A stretch of 61,251 bases of DNA from Rhodospirillales bacterium. GTDB lineage: Bacteria; Pseudomonadota; Alphaproteobacteria; Rhodospirillales; Defluviicoccaceae. Made by a program: the position numbers and the translations under genes. Position 1 is the stretch's first letter; every line of letters starts with the position of its first letter. The notes under the pieces were generated by a model. That model had not been told where the DNA came from. It saw nothing but the letters and a program-made list of their open reading frames with translations, and did no database searches. The DNA is taken from the NCBI GenBank assembly GCA_044869575.1, contig JBIOXH010000253.1, positions 1 through 61,251 on the forward strand. The letters run 5' to 3'. This document shows, one piece after another, positions 8,183 through 16,414 of the stretch.

Positions 8183-10192
8183 ATGTTGAACACAAGGGCG
8201 AAGCAAGGTTCGGCACGCGGGCGCTTTGAGACACTGGTCCTGGCTATCGGCGCAGGCTTGCTGATACTCGTCGGATGTCAGACGCTGGACCGGCCACTGG
8301 GGCCCGTAGATGTCGGCATTGGCATACCTCGTGGGCAAGCTGGGTTCACTCAAGGCATGGTCGTAACGTCGGAGCGAGAACCGGCGGAAGCGGCAGCGCG
8401 CGTATTGGAGCGCGGTGGCAACGCCATCGACGCCGCGGCGGCGGCGCAATTCATGCTTAACGTTGTGGAGCCGCAGTCATCGGGAATCGGCGGCGGTGGG
8501 TTTATGATGATCTATCTGGCCCAGAGCGGCGAAACGCTGGTTGTGGATTCGCGTGAGACGGCGCCGGCCGCGGTCACCCCCCGCATGTTTCTCGATCCGC
8601 AGGGTCAACCGGCTTCCTCGGTGCTCGCCTCGACGAGCGGGTACGCGGTCGGCGTGCCAGGGGCCGTGCGTGGAATTGAGGAGTCGCTGGCCCGGTGGGG
8701 GACGATCTCCTTGGCCGATGCGCTAGCACCAGCGATCGAGGCGGCGGAGAAAGGGGTTGTCGTGAGTCCGCGACTGGCCGGGTTCTCTGACGACCCGAGG
8801 CTACGGAGCGAGTGCGATGCCGATCCCGCGAACACCCCCTACGACGCCGCGCGCGCGGTGTTTCGCCCCGGTGGCGATCCCCTCGCCTGCGGCCACCCAC
8901 TCGCGCCTGGCGATACTCTTATACAGCCGGACCTCGCCCGAACGTTTCGCCTGATCGCCGCCGACGGCGCCGCGGCGTTCTACGATTGCGACCATCCAGC
9001 CGGTATCGCTCGCGCCATTGTCGCTGCGCAGCGGAGCACCCGGATGGCGAATACCCCAGCCGGCGTCGGCGCGATGTCGTGCAGTGATCTTGCAGGCTAT
9101 CGCGCGGCTATCCGCCAGCCGGTCGAGGGCGAGTACCGCGGATATGTCGTGCGATCGGCGCCCCCGCCCTCCTCCGGCGGAGTGATGTTGCTGCAGATCC
9201 TGAAGATGCTGGAGCGGTTCCCGATCGGCGACGCCAACAGCGGATTCGGCTTTGGCGAGGCGGCGACCCTCAACGTCATGCAGGAGGCGATGCGTCTCGC
9301 TTTCGCCGACCGCGCTCTTTGGACGGGTGATACGGACATTGATCCGAATCTGCCGCTAAAGGAGCTGATCGACGATAACTACCTTGCGCATCGCGCTGGC
9401 GCATGCCCGGACAATAATCCGGAGGACACGTTCTACTGCATCGCCGCCGGTGCGCGCCTCTCCGAGATCCGCCCCGGCGACCCGCGGCCCTTTCACGTCG
9501 GCACCGGCGCCGGGTCGTTGTCACCGCTCGCCAGCGCCAGCCGGCAGCAGCAGGAAGGAACGCACACTACGCATTTCACCGTCGCCGATCGATACGGCAA
9601 CGTCGTGAGCTACACGACCTCGATTGAGGCGTCTTGGGGCACCGGGCTGATGGTTCCGGGCTTCGGGTTCATGCTCAACAATCAGATGACGGACTTCAAC
9701 TTTGTCCCCGGCAGGCGAGGTCGGCCGGACGATCCCGACTACGATCCCGGCGCTAACGACCTCGCCCCGTTCAAACGGCCGCGCTCCAGCATGGCGCCGA
9801 CCATCGTCTTTGCCAAAGGCAAACACGGCGAGCACCCGCTCGCGGCATACGGCTCTCCAGGCGGCTCGGCGATCATCAATAGCGTACTCAACATCACTCT
9901 CGATCTCATCGACCATCATCTGCCCGTAAGCGAGGCCGTGGAGCGGCCACGCCTTTCGCTGACCCAGCCCGGCGCGACGGCGATCACCATGATCGAGGCC
10001 GGCTTTGATCCGGGCGTGCTGGAGCGCTTGCGCGCTCTCGGCTATCGGTTTCCGGAGCAGCCGTCGGTGATCGGCGCGGTGCAGGCAGTTGTCATGGACC
10101 CGGAAAGCGGGATCCTCTTCGGGGACGGCGATGCGCGCCGCAATGGCACGGCAATCGGCTTGCCGCGACAGCATTCCGAAGGCAGTCGGTGA
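8183..10192 (+). CDS. ggt: gamma-glutamyltransferase family protein, predicted lipoprotein
   Basis: GGNAIDAA, EPQSSGIGGGGF, DSRE, PPPSSGG, HTTHF (Thr nucleophile), LNNQMTDF, RPRSSMAP, GSPGG; lipobox LVGC; AAGGA RBS before ATG 8183. Confidence 0.93.
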   Translation: MLNTRAKQGSARGRFETLVLAIGAGLLILVGCQTLDRPLGPVDVGIGIPRGQAGFTQGMVVTSEREPAEAAARVLERGGNAIDAAAAAQFMLNVVEPQSSGIGGGGFMMIYLAQSGETLVVDSRETAPAAVTPRMFLDPQGQPASSVLASTSGYAVGVPGAVRGIEESLARWGTISLADALAPAIEAAEKGVVVSPRLAGFSDDPRLRSECDADPANTPYDAARAVFRPGGDPLACGHPLAPGDTLIQPDLARTFRLIAADGAAAFYDCDHPAGIARAIVAAQRSTRMANTPAGVGAMSCSDLAGYRAAIRQPVEGEYRGYVVRSAPPPSSGGVMLLQILKMLERFPIGDANSGFGFGEAATLNVMQEAMRLAFADRALWTGDTDIDPNLPLKELIDDNYLAHRAGACPDNNPEDTFYCIAAGARLSEIRPGDPRPFHVGTGAGSLSPLASASRQQQEGTHTTHFTVADRYGNVVSYTTSIEASWGTGLMVPGFGFMLNNQMTDFNFVPGRRGRPDDPDYDPGANDLAPFKRPRSSMAPTIVFAKGKHGEHPLAAYGSPGGSAIINSVLNITLDLIDHHLPVSEAVERPRLSLTQPGATAITMIEAGFDPGVLERLRALGYRFPEQPSVIGAVQAVVMDPESGILFGDGDARRNGTAIGLPRQHSEGSR

Positions 10193-11388
10193 GCAAGTCA
10201 GTGACGGAGCGCCCGCGCGTCTTTCTGCAAGCGGGACGTGACCGGCGCACCGAGGACGGAAATCCCTGGGCCTACTCCAATGAGATCCGGCTGGACGAGA
10301 GGACCAAGGCAATCCCGCCAGGCTCGCTGGCGACACTGCATAGGGTCGATGGCAAGCCGCTCGGCGTCGGCAGTTACAACCCGCATACGCTGATCGCCTT
10401 CCGCTTGTTCAGCCGGGATGCACACGCGCTGATCGACGAAGAGTTCTTCGCCTGCCGCATCGGCCGGGCGCTGGAGTTGCGCGAGCGCTTGTATTCCGAA
10501 CCCTTCTATCGGCTGATACATGCCGAGGCGGACGGCTTCCCCGGCCTGGTGTGCGACCGTTTCGAGGACGTTTTCGTCCTGCAGGTCAATACCGCGGGCA
10601 TGGAGGCGCTCACGCCGGCGTTGTTGGCGGCGTTCGAGCAGCTGTTTTCACCGCGCGCGATCGTGCTCCGAAACGATTCCCCGGCACGTTCGTTGGAGGG
10701 CCTATCGTCGGAAGTAAAGGTGGCGAGTGGCGCCATCGGCGAGCCTGTGGAGGTACGCGAGAACGGCCTAAAGTACCTGGCGGACGTCATTGCCGGCCAG
10801 AAGACCGGCTGGTTCTACGATCAGCGCGACAGCCGCGCGTTCGTCGCACCGCTCGCCGCCGGCGGCAGCCTTCTCGATATCTACTGCCATACCGGGGCAT
10901 TCTCGATCGCCGGAGCGGCGGCGGGCGCCCGCTCCGTGCTCGGACTCGACTCTTCGGCGTCGGCCCTCGGTCTGGCGCGGCGGGGGGCCGCGGCGAACGG
11001 TGTCGCATCCGTCTGTGCATTTCAACAGGCGGAGGTTTTCGGCGAGTTGGAGCGTCTTGCACATGCTTCGCAACATCATCGCCTTGTCGTCGCCGACCCC
11101 CCGGCGTTCGTCAAGTCGCGCCGGGATCTAGCCAGCGGTTTGCGAGGGTACCGCAAGCTGGCCAGGCTTGCCGCGCCTCTGGTCGAGAGTGGCGGCGCGC
11201 TGTTCGTCGCCTCCTGCTCGCATCACGTCGAATCAGCCGCGTTGCGCGCCGAAGTGGTGCGCGGCGTGAGCGCGGCCGGCCGCTCCGGCCGAATCCTCCG
11301 AGAGGCGAAGGCAAGCGGCGACCATCCAGTACACACACACCTGCCGGAGACCGCGTACCTCAAGTCAATCCTCTTGCAACTCGACTGA
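10189..11388 (+). CDS. rlmI: class I SAM-dependent rRNA methyltransferase (RlmI/23S m5C1962-like)
   Basis: PUA-like N-terminus (PWAYSNE), EADGFPG, GQKTGWFYDQR, DPPAF, SCS, DHP..PET.YLK. Confidence 0.85.
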   Translation: MSKSVTERPRVFLQAGRDRRTEDGNPWAYSNEIRLDERTKAIPPGSLATLHRVDGKPLGVGSYNPHTLIAFRLFSRDAHALIDEEFFACRIGRALELRERLYSEPFYRLIHAEADGFPGLVCDRFEDVFVLQVNTAGMEALTPALLAAFEQLFSPRAIVLRNDSPARSLEGLSSEVKVASGAIGEPVEVRENGLKYLADVIAGQKTGWFYDQRDSRAFVAPLAAGGSLLDIYCHTGAFSIAGAAAGARSVLGLDSSASALGLARRGAAANGVASVCAFQQAEVFGELERLAHASQHHRLVVADPPAFVKSRRDLASGLRGYRKLARLAAPLVESGGALFVASCSHHVESAALRAEVVRGVSAAGRSGRILREAKASGDHPVHTHLPETAYLKSILLQLD

Positions 11389-11709
11389 CGCGGGCACGGA
11401 ATCTTGCTTGCGATACACGGGCGTCCGCCGAATCTACGTCTCGGCGGTGGTGGCGGTAGTTCAACCACTCGTCAGCTCCGCTGCCTTGGAAGCGTGTCGC
11501 TGTGAGCACACCGGCAGCGCATTCAGGAGCGCCACCGAACCGGTTTCGACGCGGGATAGGTATATATTGTAGGCTCGACGCGATAACCTACTACAAAGAT
11601 GATTTTGGTGTTGCAAGGTCTGTCAGCCGCCGCTATCTGCATTGCAGTCGCAAACTAAGATCGCTCGACTCGCACGCAAGTTCCGCCCCGGCTTCTTGCC
11701 CTTTACGTG

Positions 11710-11723
11710 TTGAGATTGCTCAA
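11710..11723. promoter_or_regulatory. FNR/FixK-type palindrome TTGAG-ATTG-CTCAA
   Basis: perfect TTGA-N6-TCAA dyad about 70 nt upstream of fabD; overlaps a second dyad AGATTG-CT-CAATCT (11713-11726). Confidence 0.4.
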
Positions 11724-11794
11724 TCTGCAAGACGGTTTCTGCAGTAAGCCTGCTTCGTGTGCATGCATAACAGTCCTTATGAGTTTAGGAATCG

Positions 11795-12820
11795 ATGATG
11801 GCTACGCGAATTGCCCGTCCGCTTTCGACCGTTGAGACTGAGGATCGTCAATCGGGTCCGGTTGCGCATCAACGTGCGTTGGTGTTTCCCGGCCAGGGGT
11901 CGCAGGCGGTGGGAATGGGCGGTGAACTCGCGGCGCGGTACCCTGCTGCCCGGCGCGTGTTCGAGGAAGTCGACAATGCTCTCGGGCAAGGGTTGTCCAG
12001 ACTGATGGCGGAAGGTCCAGAGGCAGAGCTGACCCAGACCGAAAACGCTCAACCGGCGCTGATGGCTGTCAGTATGGCTGTATTGGCGGTGCTGCGCGAG
12101 GAGCATGGCATCGAACTCATTCGCCTCGGCCACTGCGTGGCCGGCCACTCGCTCGGCGAGTACACGGCGCTAACGGCCGCGGGCAGCTTCACCGTCGGCG
12201 AGGCGGCGCGGCTGCTAAGGGTGCGCGGGCTCGCTATGCAGACGGCGGTGCCGTTCGGCGATGGCGCAATGGCGGCGCTGATGGGTCTCGATTTGGAGAC
12301 GGCTCGCGAGATCGCCGCCGAAGCGACCCGCGACAGTTACGACGGCGCGGTGTGCGTGGCTGCCAACGACAACGCGCCAGGGCAAGTAGTTATCAGCGGC
12401 AGTCGCGCGGCGGTTGTCCGCGCCACCGAGATCGCGGCGCTACGCGGCGCTAAGCGCAGCGTGATGCTCCCGGTGAGTGGGCCGTTCCACTGCCCGCTGA
12501 TGGCGCCGGTTGCCGACGTCATGGCAGAGGCGCTGGCGAAGGTAAACATTCGACGGCCGTCGCTGCCGCTCATCTCCAACGTCACCGCCCGCGAGGTGAT
12601 CGATCCGGCGGAAGTTCGCAGCCTCCTGGTCCGCCAGGTGACCGGCATGGTCCGCTGGCGCGAGAGCGTACTCTATATGAAGTTGCAAGGCGTGCGGGAG
12701 TTGGTCGAGATTGGCGCCGGAAAGGTACTGTCCGGTCTCGCCAAGCGCATCGATCGAGAATTGTCCGGCACCTCCGTCGGCAATCCGGCGGAGATCCAGG
12801 CGCTCGCTGCGACGGTCTGA
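11795..12820 (+). CDS. fabD: malonyl-CoA:ACP transacylase
   Basis: FPGQGSQ, AQPAL, AGHSLGEY, R..AMQ, NAPGQVVISG, VSGPFH, VRW; exact start uncertain. Confidence 0.95.
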   Translation: MMATRIARPLSTVETEDRQSGPVAHQRALVFPGQGSQAVGMGGELAARYPAARRVFEEVDNALGQGLSRLMAEGPEAELTQTENAQPALMAVSMAVLAVLREEHGIELIRLGHCVAGHSLGEYTALTAAGSFTVGEAARLLRVRGLAMQTAVPFGDGAMAALMGLDLETAREIAAEATRDSYDGAVCVAANDNAPGQVVISGSRAAVVRATEIAALRGAKRSVMLPVSGPFHCPLMAPVADVMAEALAKVNIRRPSLPLISNVTAREVIDPAEVRSLLVRQVTGMVRWRESVLYMKLQGVRELVEIGAGKVLSGLAKRIDRELSGTSVGNPAEIQALAATV

Positions 12821-12887
12821 ACAGGCGCCCAATAGCCAAAGGAGTCGCCCGGCCTAGCCATCGGAGCTTTCACGAAGCATCGCTTGC

Positions 12888-13073
12888 TCAGTGATGGGAG
12901 TTTCCGTCGTACGCTTGTTTGACTTGGTAGAAGTTGAACAGCACGCTGGCGACGAATAGACCGAGACCCGTGTAGTACATGATCGTATCCTCGGCACGGG
13001 ACGCCAGATAGAGCGCGAACAGGCCCACTCCCGCAATCATCAATCCGACTACCCAGCGTCCGACATCGGGCAT
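12888..13073 (-). CDS. small two-helix membrane protein (61 aa)
   Basis: GAGGGGAG RBS before ATG 13073; MPDVGRWVVGLMIAGVGLFALYLAS..YYTGLGLFVASVLFNF. Confidence 0.7.
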   Translation of the reverse strand: MPDVGRWVVGLMIAGVGLFALYLASRAEDTIMYYTGLGLFVASVLFNFYQVKQAYDGNSHH

Positions 13074-13164
13074 TGATAATCTCCCCTCGTATAGGCGTTG
13101 CGCCGCAACATCTCCCGAGTGACCGCGACACGCAAGTGTCTTTGCGATCTCGCGAACGACGTGT

Positions 13165-14589
13165 TCAGCCGAGGCGGGCGAGCAGACGGACCATGCGCCG
13201 CGTCCTTTCGCTGAACAAACGTTCCGTGTAGAAGCTGCCGGCGGCGCGCTTGTTGGCCTCGCCCAGCGTGGGGTAAGGGGCAAACATCGTCGCCAGCGCG
13301 CCGACCCGCATCCGCCGGCTCATCGCCAGAACCCAGGTATGGATCAGCTCGCCGGCGGACGGACCGACGATACCGGCGCCGAGGATGTGGCCGCGGCCAT
13401 TTGCCACCACCTTGACCAATCCCTCGGAGCACCGTTCCGCCTGAGCCCGGTCGTTCTCGCTGAACGGGCTGCGCAGCACCACGATCTTTTTATGCGTAGC
13501 CCGCGCTTCCACTTCGGTAACCCCAACCTGCGCGAGCTCCGGATGAGTATAAGTTACGCGCGGCACGCTGCTGTAATCGACCTTGGCGGGGATGCGAAAT
13601 AGCGCGTTGCGGAGAACGATGCCGGCGTGATAGCCGGCGACGTGGGTGAATCGCGGGCCGCCCGCGACGTCGCCGATGGCGAAGATACGCCGATTGCTCG
13701 TGCGCAATCGTCGGTCGACGCTGATTCCAGCGGGAGTGTAGGCGACGCCTGCGGTCTCTAGACCGAGCCCGGCGATTGTCGGCCGGCGACCGACCGCGAT
13801 TAGGATGTGCGTGCCGGAAAGCTGCCGCTGCGCTCCGTCCTGCATGATCGTCGCCACCAGCATGGGACCGGCGCCGGCGACTTCCGCGACCTCGGTATTC
13901 TCATTGATGTGGACGCCGACGGCGACCAACCGCTGGCGCAGCACGGTGACCAGTTCGGGATCATCGCGCGGCAAAATCGTTCCCTGCTCGATGAGCGTCA
14001 CGGCGCCGCCGAGTTCGCGAAAAGCCTGCCCGAGCTCCACACCGACGGGACCGCCGCCGATCACCAGCAGCCGCTCGGGCAGGTCCTGAAGGTCGAAGAT
14101 CGTCTCGTTGGTGTAGAATGGGACGGATTCGAGGCCCCGGATCGCCGGGACGAGCGGCGACGAGCCGGTTGCGATAACAAATCGGCGGGCGCGAACGCGA
14201 TGTCCGCTCACTTCGATCTCGTCGGCCGCGACGAAGCGGGCGTGGTCGCGCATCACGCGAACGCCAAGACTCTCGAACCGTTCGACCGAGTCGTGAGGAG
14301 CGATCTTGGCGATCACGCCATGCACGTGATCGTGGATGCGCTCGCCTTCGATCGGCCGGACAGCGGCGTCGATACCGAAGCGCTTGCTCTGCCAGGCCGC
14401 CTGAGCGGCACGGCCGGCCGCCAGCAACGCCTTCGACGGTACGCAGCCGAAGTTGAGGCAGTCGCCCCCCATCCGCCCGCGCTCGACGAGGATCACCGAG
14501 GCGCCCATCTGCGCGGCGCCGGCGGCTACGGAAAGGCCCCCCGGTCCTCCACCAATGACGCAGAGGTCGACCCGCGAAGTCCCGCTCAT
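13165..14589 (-). CDS. FAD-dependent pyridine nucleotide-disulfide oxidoreductase (dihydrolipoamide dehydrogenase/MerA-like)
   Basis: IGGGPGG, GGDCLNFGCVPSK redox disulfide, IGGGPVGVE, AIGD, PYPTLGE; start MSGTSR overlaps the upstream stop. Confidence 0.9.
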   Translation of the reverse strand: MSGTSRVDLCVIGGGPGGLSVAAGAAQMGASVILVERGRMGGDCLNFGCVPSKALLAAGRAAQAAWQSKRFGIDAAVRPIEGERIHDHVHGVIAKIAPHDSVERFESLGVRVMRDHARFVAADEIEVSGHRVRARRFVIATGSSPLVPAIRGLESVPFYTNETIFDLQDLPERLLVIGGGPVGVELGQAFRELGGAVTLIEQGTILPRDDPELVTVLRQRLVAVGVHINENTEVAEVAGAGPMLVATIMQDGAQRQLSGTHILIAVGRRPTIAGLGLETAGVAYTPAGISVDRRLRTSNRRIFAIGDVAGGPRFTHVAGYHAGIVLRNALFRIPAKVDYSSVPRVTYTHPELAQVGVTEVEARATHKKIVVLRSPFSENDRAQAERCSEGLVKVVANGRGHILGAGIVGPSAGELIHTWVLAMSRRMRVGALATMFAPYPTLGEANKRAAGSFYTERLFSERTRRMVRLLARLG

Positions 14590-15386
14590 GGCTGTTCCCG
14601 CCGCGCGTTCGCGCGTGATCGCCGCTGCTTCAGTAGGCGATACAGGACCGGCGAGAGCGCCAGCAGCGCCAGCCCGAGGAGCGGCGCCAGGATTTCCGGC
14701 TCGAAGATGATGTCGAGGTCGGGAGTTTCTCCCTGATCGAAAACTGAGCCGAGGCCATTGCCGACCAGCGTGTAGACGATGCTCCCGGGGATGATACCAA
14801 GGCCGGTCCCGACGAAAAACGTCCGCAATGGAACGCCGAGCAGCGCCGGCACCAGGTTGACCAGCCAGAACGGCACAATCGGCACCAGGCGAAGCGTGAG
14901 CAGGTAGCTCAGCGCATGCTCGCGGAAACCGGCTTGCAACCTGCGGATTCCCGGCCCGGCGCGCGCCCGCACGAAGTCGCCGACGCAATAGCGGGCGGCG
15001 AGAAACACCGCGCAGGCACCGAGCGTCGCGCCGAGCACGGAATAGAGAGTTCCGGCAACCGCGCCGAACAGAAATCCGCCGACGATGGTCAACCAGATCG
15101 CGCCAGGAAGCGACAGCGCCACCGCCAGCACATACGCTCCAACGAACGATATGACGGATAGCACCTCATGGCGCTCGCGCCACTCCAGCAGGGCCTCGCG
15201 GTGCTGGCTGAGTTGCTCGAACGAGAGGTAGTGATGTACGTCTAGGACAAAAAGCGAGGACGCGGCGGCAGCTATCAACGCAGCTGGCGCCGCTCGCCAT
15301 AACGATAGCCGGGGCGAACTGGGCGGTGCTTGTTCGGCGTCTCCGGCCGGCAAACGCTCTCTCCCTCGACGCGATTGGATGCGCAT
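14586..15386 (-). CDS. TVP38/TMEM64 (DedA/VTT domain) membrane protein
   Basis: SLPGA..LT..GGFLFG, LRLVPIVPFWLVNL, T.LGIIPG. Confidence 0.9.
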   Translation of the reverse strand: MRIQSRRGRERLPAGDAEQAPPSSPRLSLWRAAPAALIAAAASSLFVLDVHHYLSFEQLSQHREALLEWRERHEVLSVISFVGAYVLAVALSLPGAIWLTIVGGFLFGAVAGTLYSVLGATLGACAVFLAARYCVGDFVRARAGPGIRRLQAGFREHALSYLLTLRLVPIVPFWLVNLVPALLGVPLRTFFVGTGLGIIPGSIVYTLVGNGLGSVFDQGETPDLDIIFEPEILAPLLGLALLALSPVLYRLLKQRRSRANARREQP

Positions 15387-15477
15387 GAGATACTTATATG
15401 CTACTTAGCGATCACGGGTGCCGGCGTCATCGTCTGTTGATGACGATGCTTGGCGGTATATGGGCGTTTGGCCGGCG

Positions 15478-15506
15478 TTGACTTCGCCGGATCGAGTCCG
15501 TATACA
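15478..15506 (+). promoter_or_regulatory. sigma70-type promoter for the rpmH operon
   Basis: TTGACT-17 nt-TATACA, 28 nt upstream of the rpmH GTG. Confidence 0.65.
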
Positions 15507-15534
15507 CCGTGGCCGTTCGGATTGGAGATCATTC

Positions 15535-15669
15535 GTGAAGCGGACCTATCAGCCGAGCAAGCTCGTTCGAAAGCGACGTCATGGATTTCGGCGGCGCATG
15601 ACGACTGTCGGTGGACGACGCGCGCTCGCCGCTCGGCGCAAGCGGGGGCGCAAGCGCCTTTCCGCCTGA
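15535..15669 (+). CDS. rpmH: 50S ribosomal protein L34
   Basis: [32 protein letters not shown] start, GGAG RBS. Confidence 0.98.
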   Translation: MKRTYQPSKLVRKRRHGFRRRMTTVGGRRALAARRKRGRKRLSA

Positions 15670-15677
15670 ACGGGTCC

Positions 15678-16088
15678 GTGCAGTCCGCCGTTAGCCGCTT
15701 GAGGCACCGGTCGGAGTTCGTACGTGTCGCCCGGCGCGGGCGGTCGTGCGTCATGCCCGGGCTTGTCTTGCAGGTTTGGCGGCCAGATCATCAGGATTAC
15801 ATGCAGCAACCGACGGCGGCAATTCGGCTCGGCATCACGGCCAGTCGCAAAGTCGGCAACGCGGTCGCGCGAAACCGCGCCCGCCGCCGGCTTCGTGAAG
15901 TGGCGCGCCTGGTTTTGCCGGTGAGCGCCGCGCCAGGCCAGGACTATGTGCTTGTCGGAAGGGCGGCGACACTAGAGCGGCCGTTTGCAATGCTTGTCGA
16001 CGATCTGCACGCGGCGCTACGGAGGTTACGGGCATGGCGGCCGGCGAGGGCGGCGAGGACTGAGGCGATGCAGGAAGACGGGGCGTAA
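15678..16088 (+). CDS. rnpA: ribonuclease P protein component
   Basis: RL..RSEF, RLGITASRKVGNAVARNRARRRLRE; probable GTG start after rpmH. Confidence 0.95.
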   Translation: MQSAVSRLRHRSEFVRVARRGRSCVMPGLVLQVWRPDHQDYMQQPTAAIRLGITASRKVGNAVARNRARRRLREVARLVLPVSAAPGQDYVLVGRAATLERPFAMLVDDLHAALRRLRAWRPARAARTEAMQEDGA

Positions 16089-16414
16089 TGAGTCCATTGG
16101 CCCGTCTGCTTCGTGGATTCGTTTTCGGATATAGTTACCTCCTGTCTCCGGTGCTTCCGGCGGCGTGCCGGTACGCGCCCTCGTGCTCGGCATATGCACT
16201 CGAGGCGCTGGGACGGCACGGCGCGCTTCTGGGCAGCTGGTTGGCGGTCCGCAGATTATGCCGCTGTCATCCCTGGGGCGGAGCGGGGTTCGATCCCGTT
16301 CCCGATCGCCGTGAAAGGACAGGCGTACCGGGCGACTTCGCGGTCGTTCAGCACGCGGCGAGACAAGAAAAGATGAGCGCCTCGATGTCGGGATCGGCCA
16401 ATGCTGGAAAATAA
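16088..16414 (+). CDS. yidD: membrane protein insertion efficiency factor
   Basis: CRYAPSCSAYA, RLCRCHPWGGAGFDPVP. Confidence 0.95.
   Translation: MSPLARLLRGFVFGYSYLLSPVLPAACRYAPSCSAYALEALGRHGALLGSWLAVRRLCRCHPWGGAGFDPVPDRRERTGVPGDFAVVQHAARQEKMSASMSGSANAGK

Noticed and set aside
11392-11407. Sigma54-like GGCACG...TTGC downstream of rlmI
   Set aside because: GG-to-GC spacing is 11 nt rather than the required 10.
13141-13156. Imperfect palindrome TTTGCGATCTCGCGAA upstream of the small membrane protein as an FNR site
   Set aside because: Too many mismatches to TTGA-N6-TCAA to support.
13165-14589. Mercuric reductase (merA) call
   Set aside because: No C-terminal Cys-Cys pair, no NmerA domain and no mer operon genes.
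16330-16414. YidD C-terminal extension overlapping yidC as a MifM-like arrest peptide
   Set aside because: No recognisable arrest motif or SD-occluding hairpin; variable YidD tails are common.
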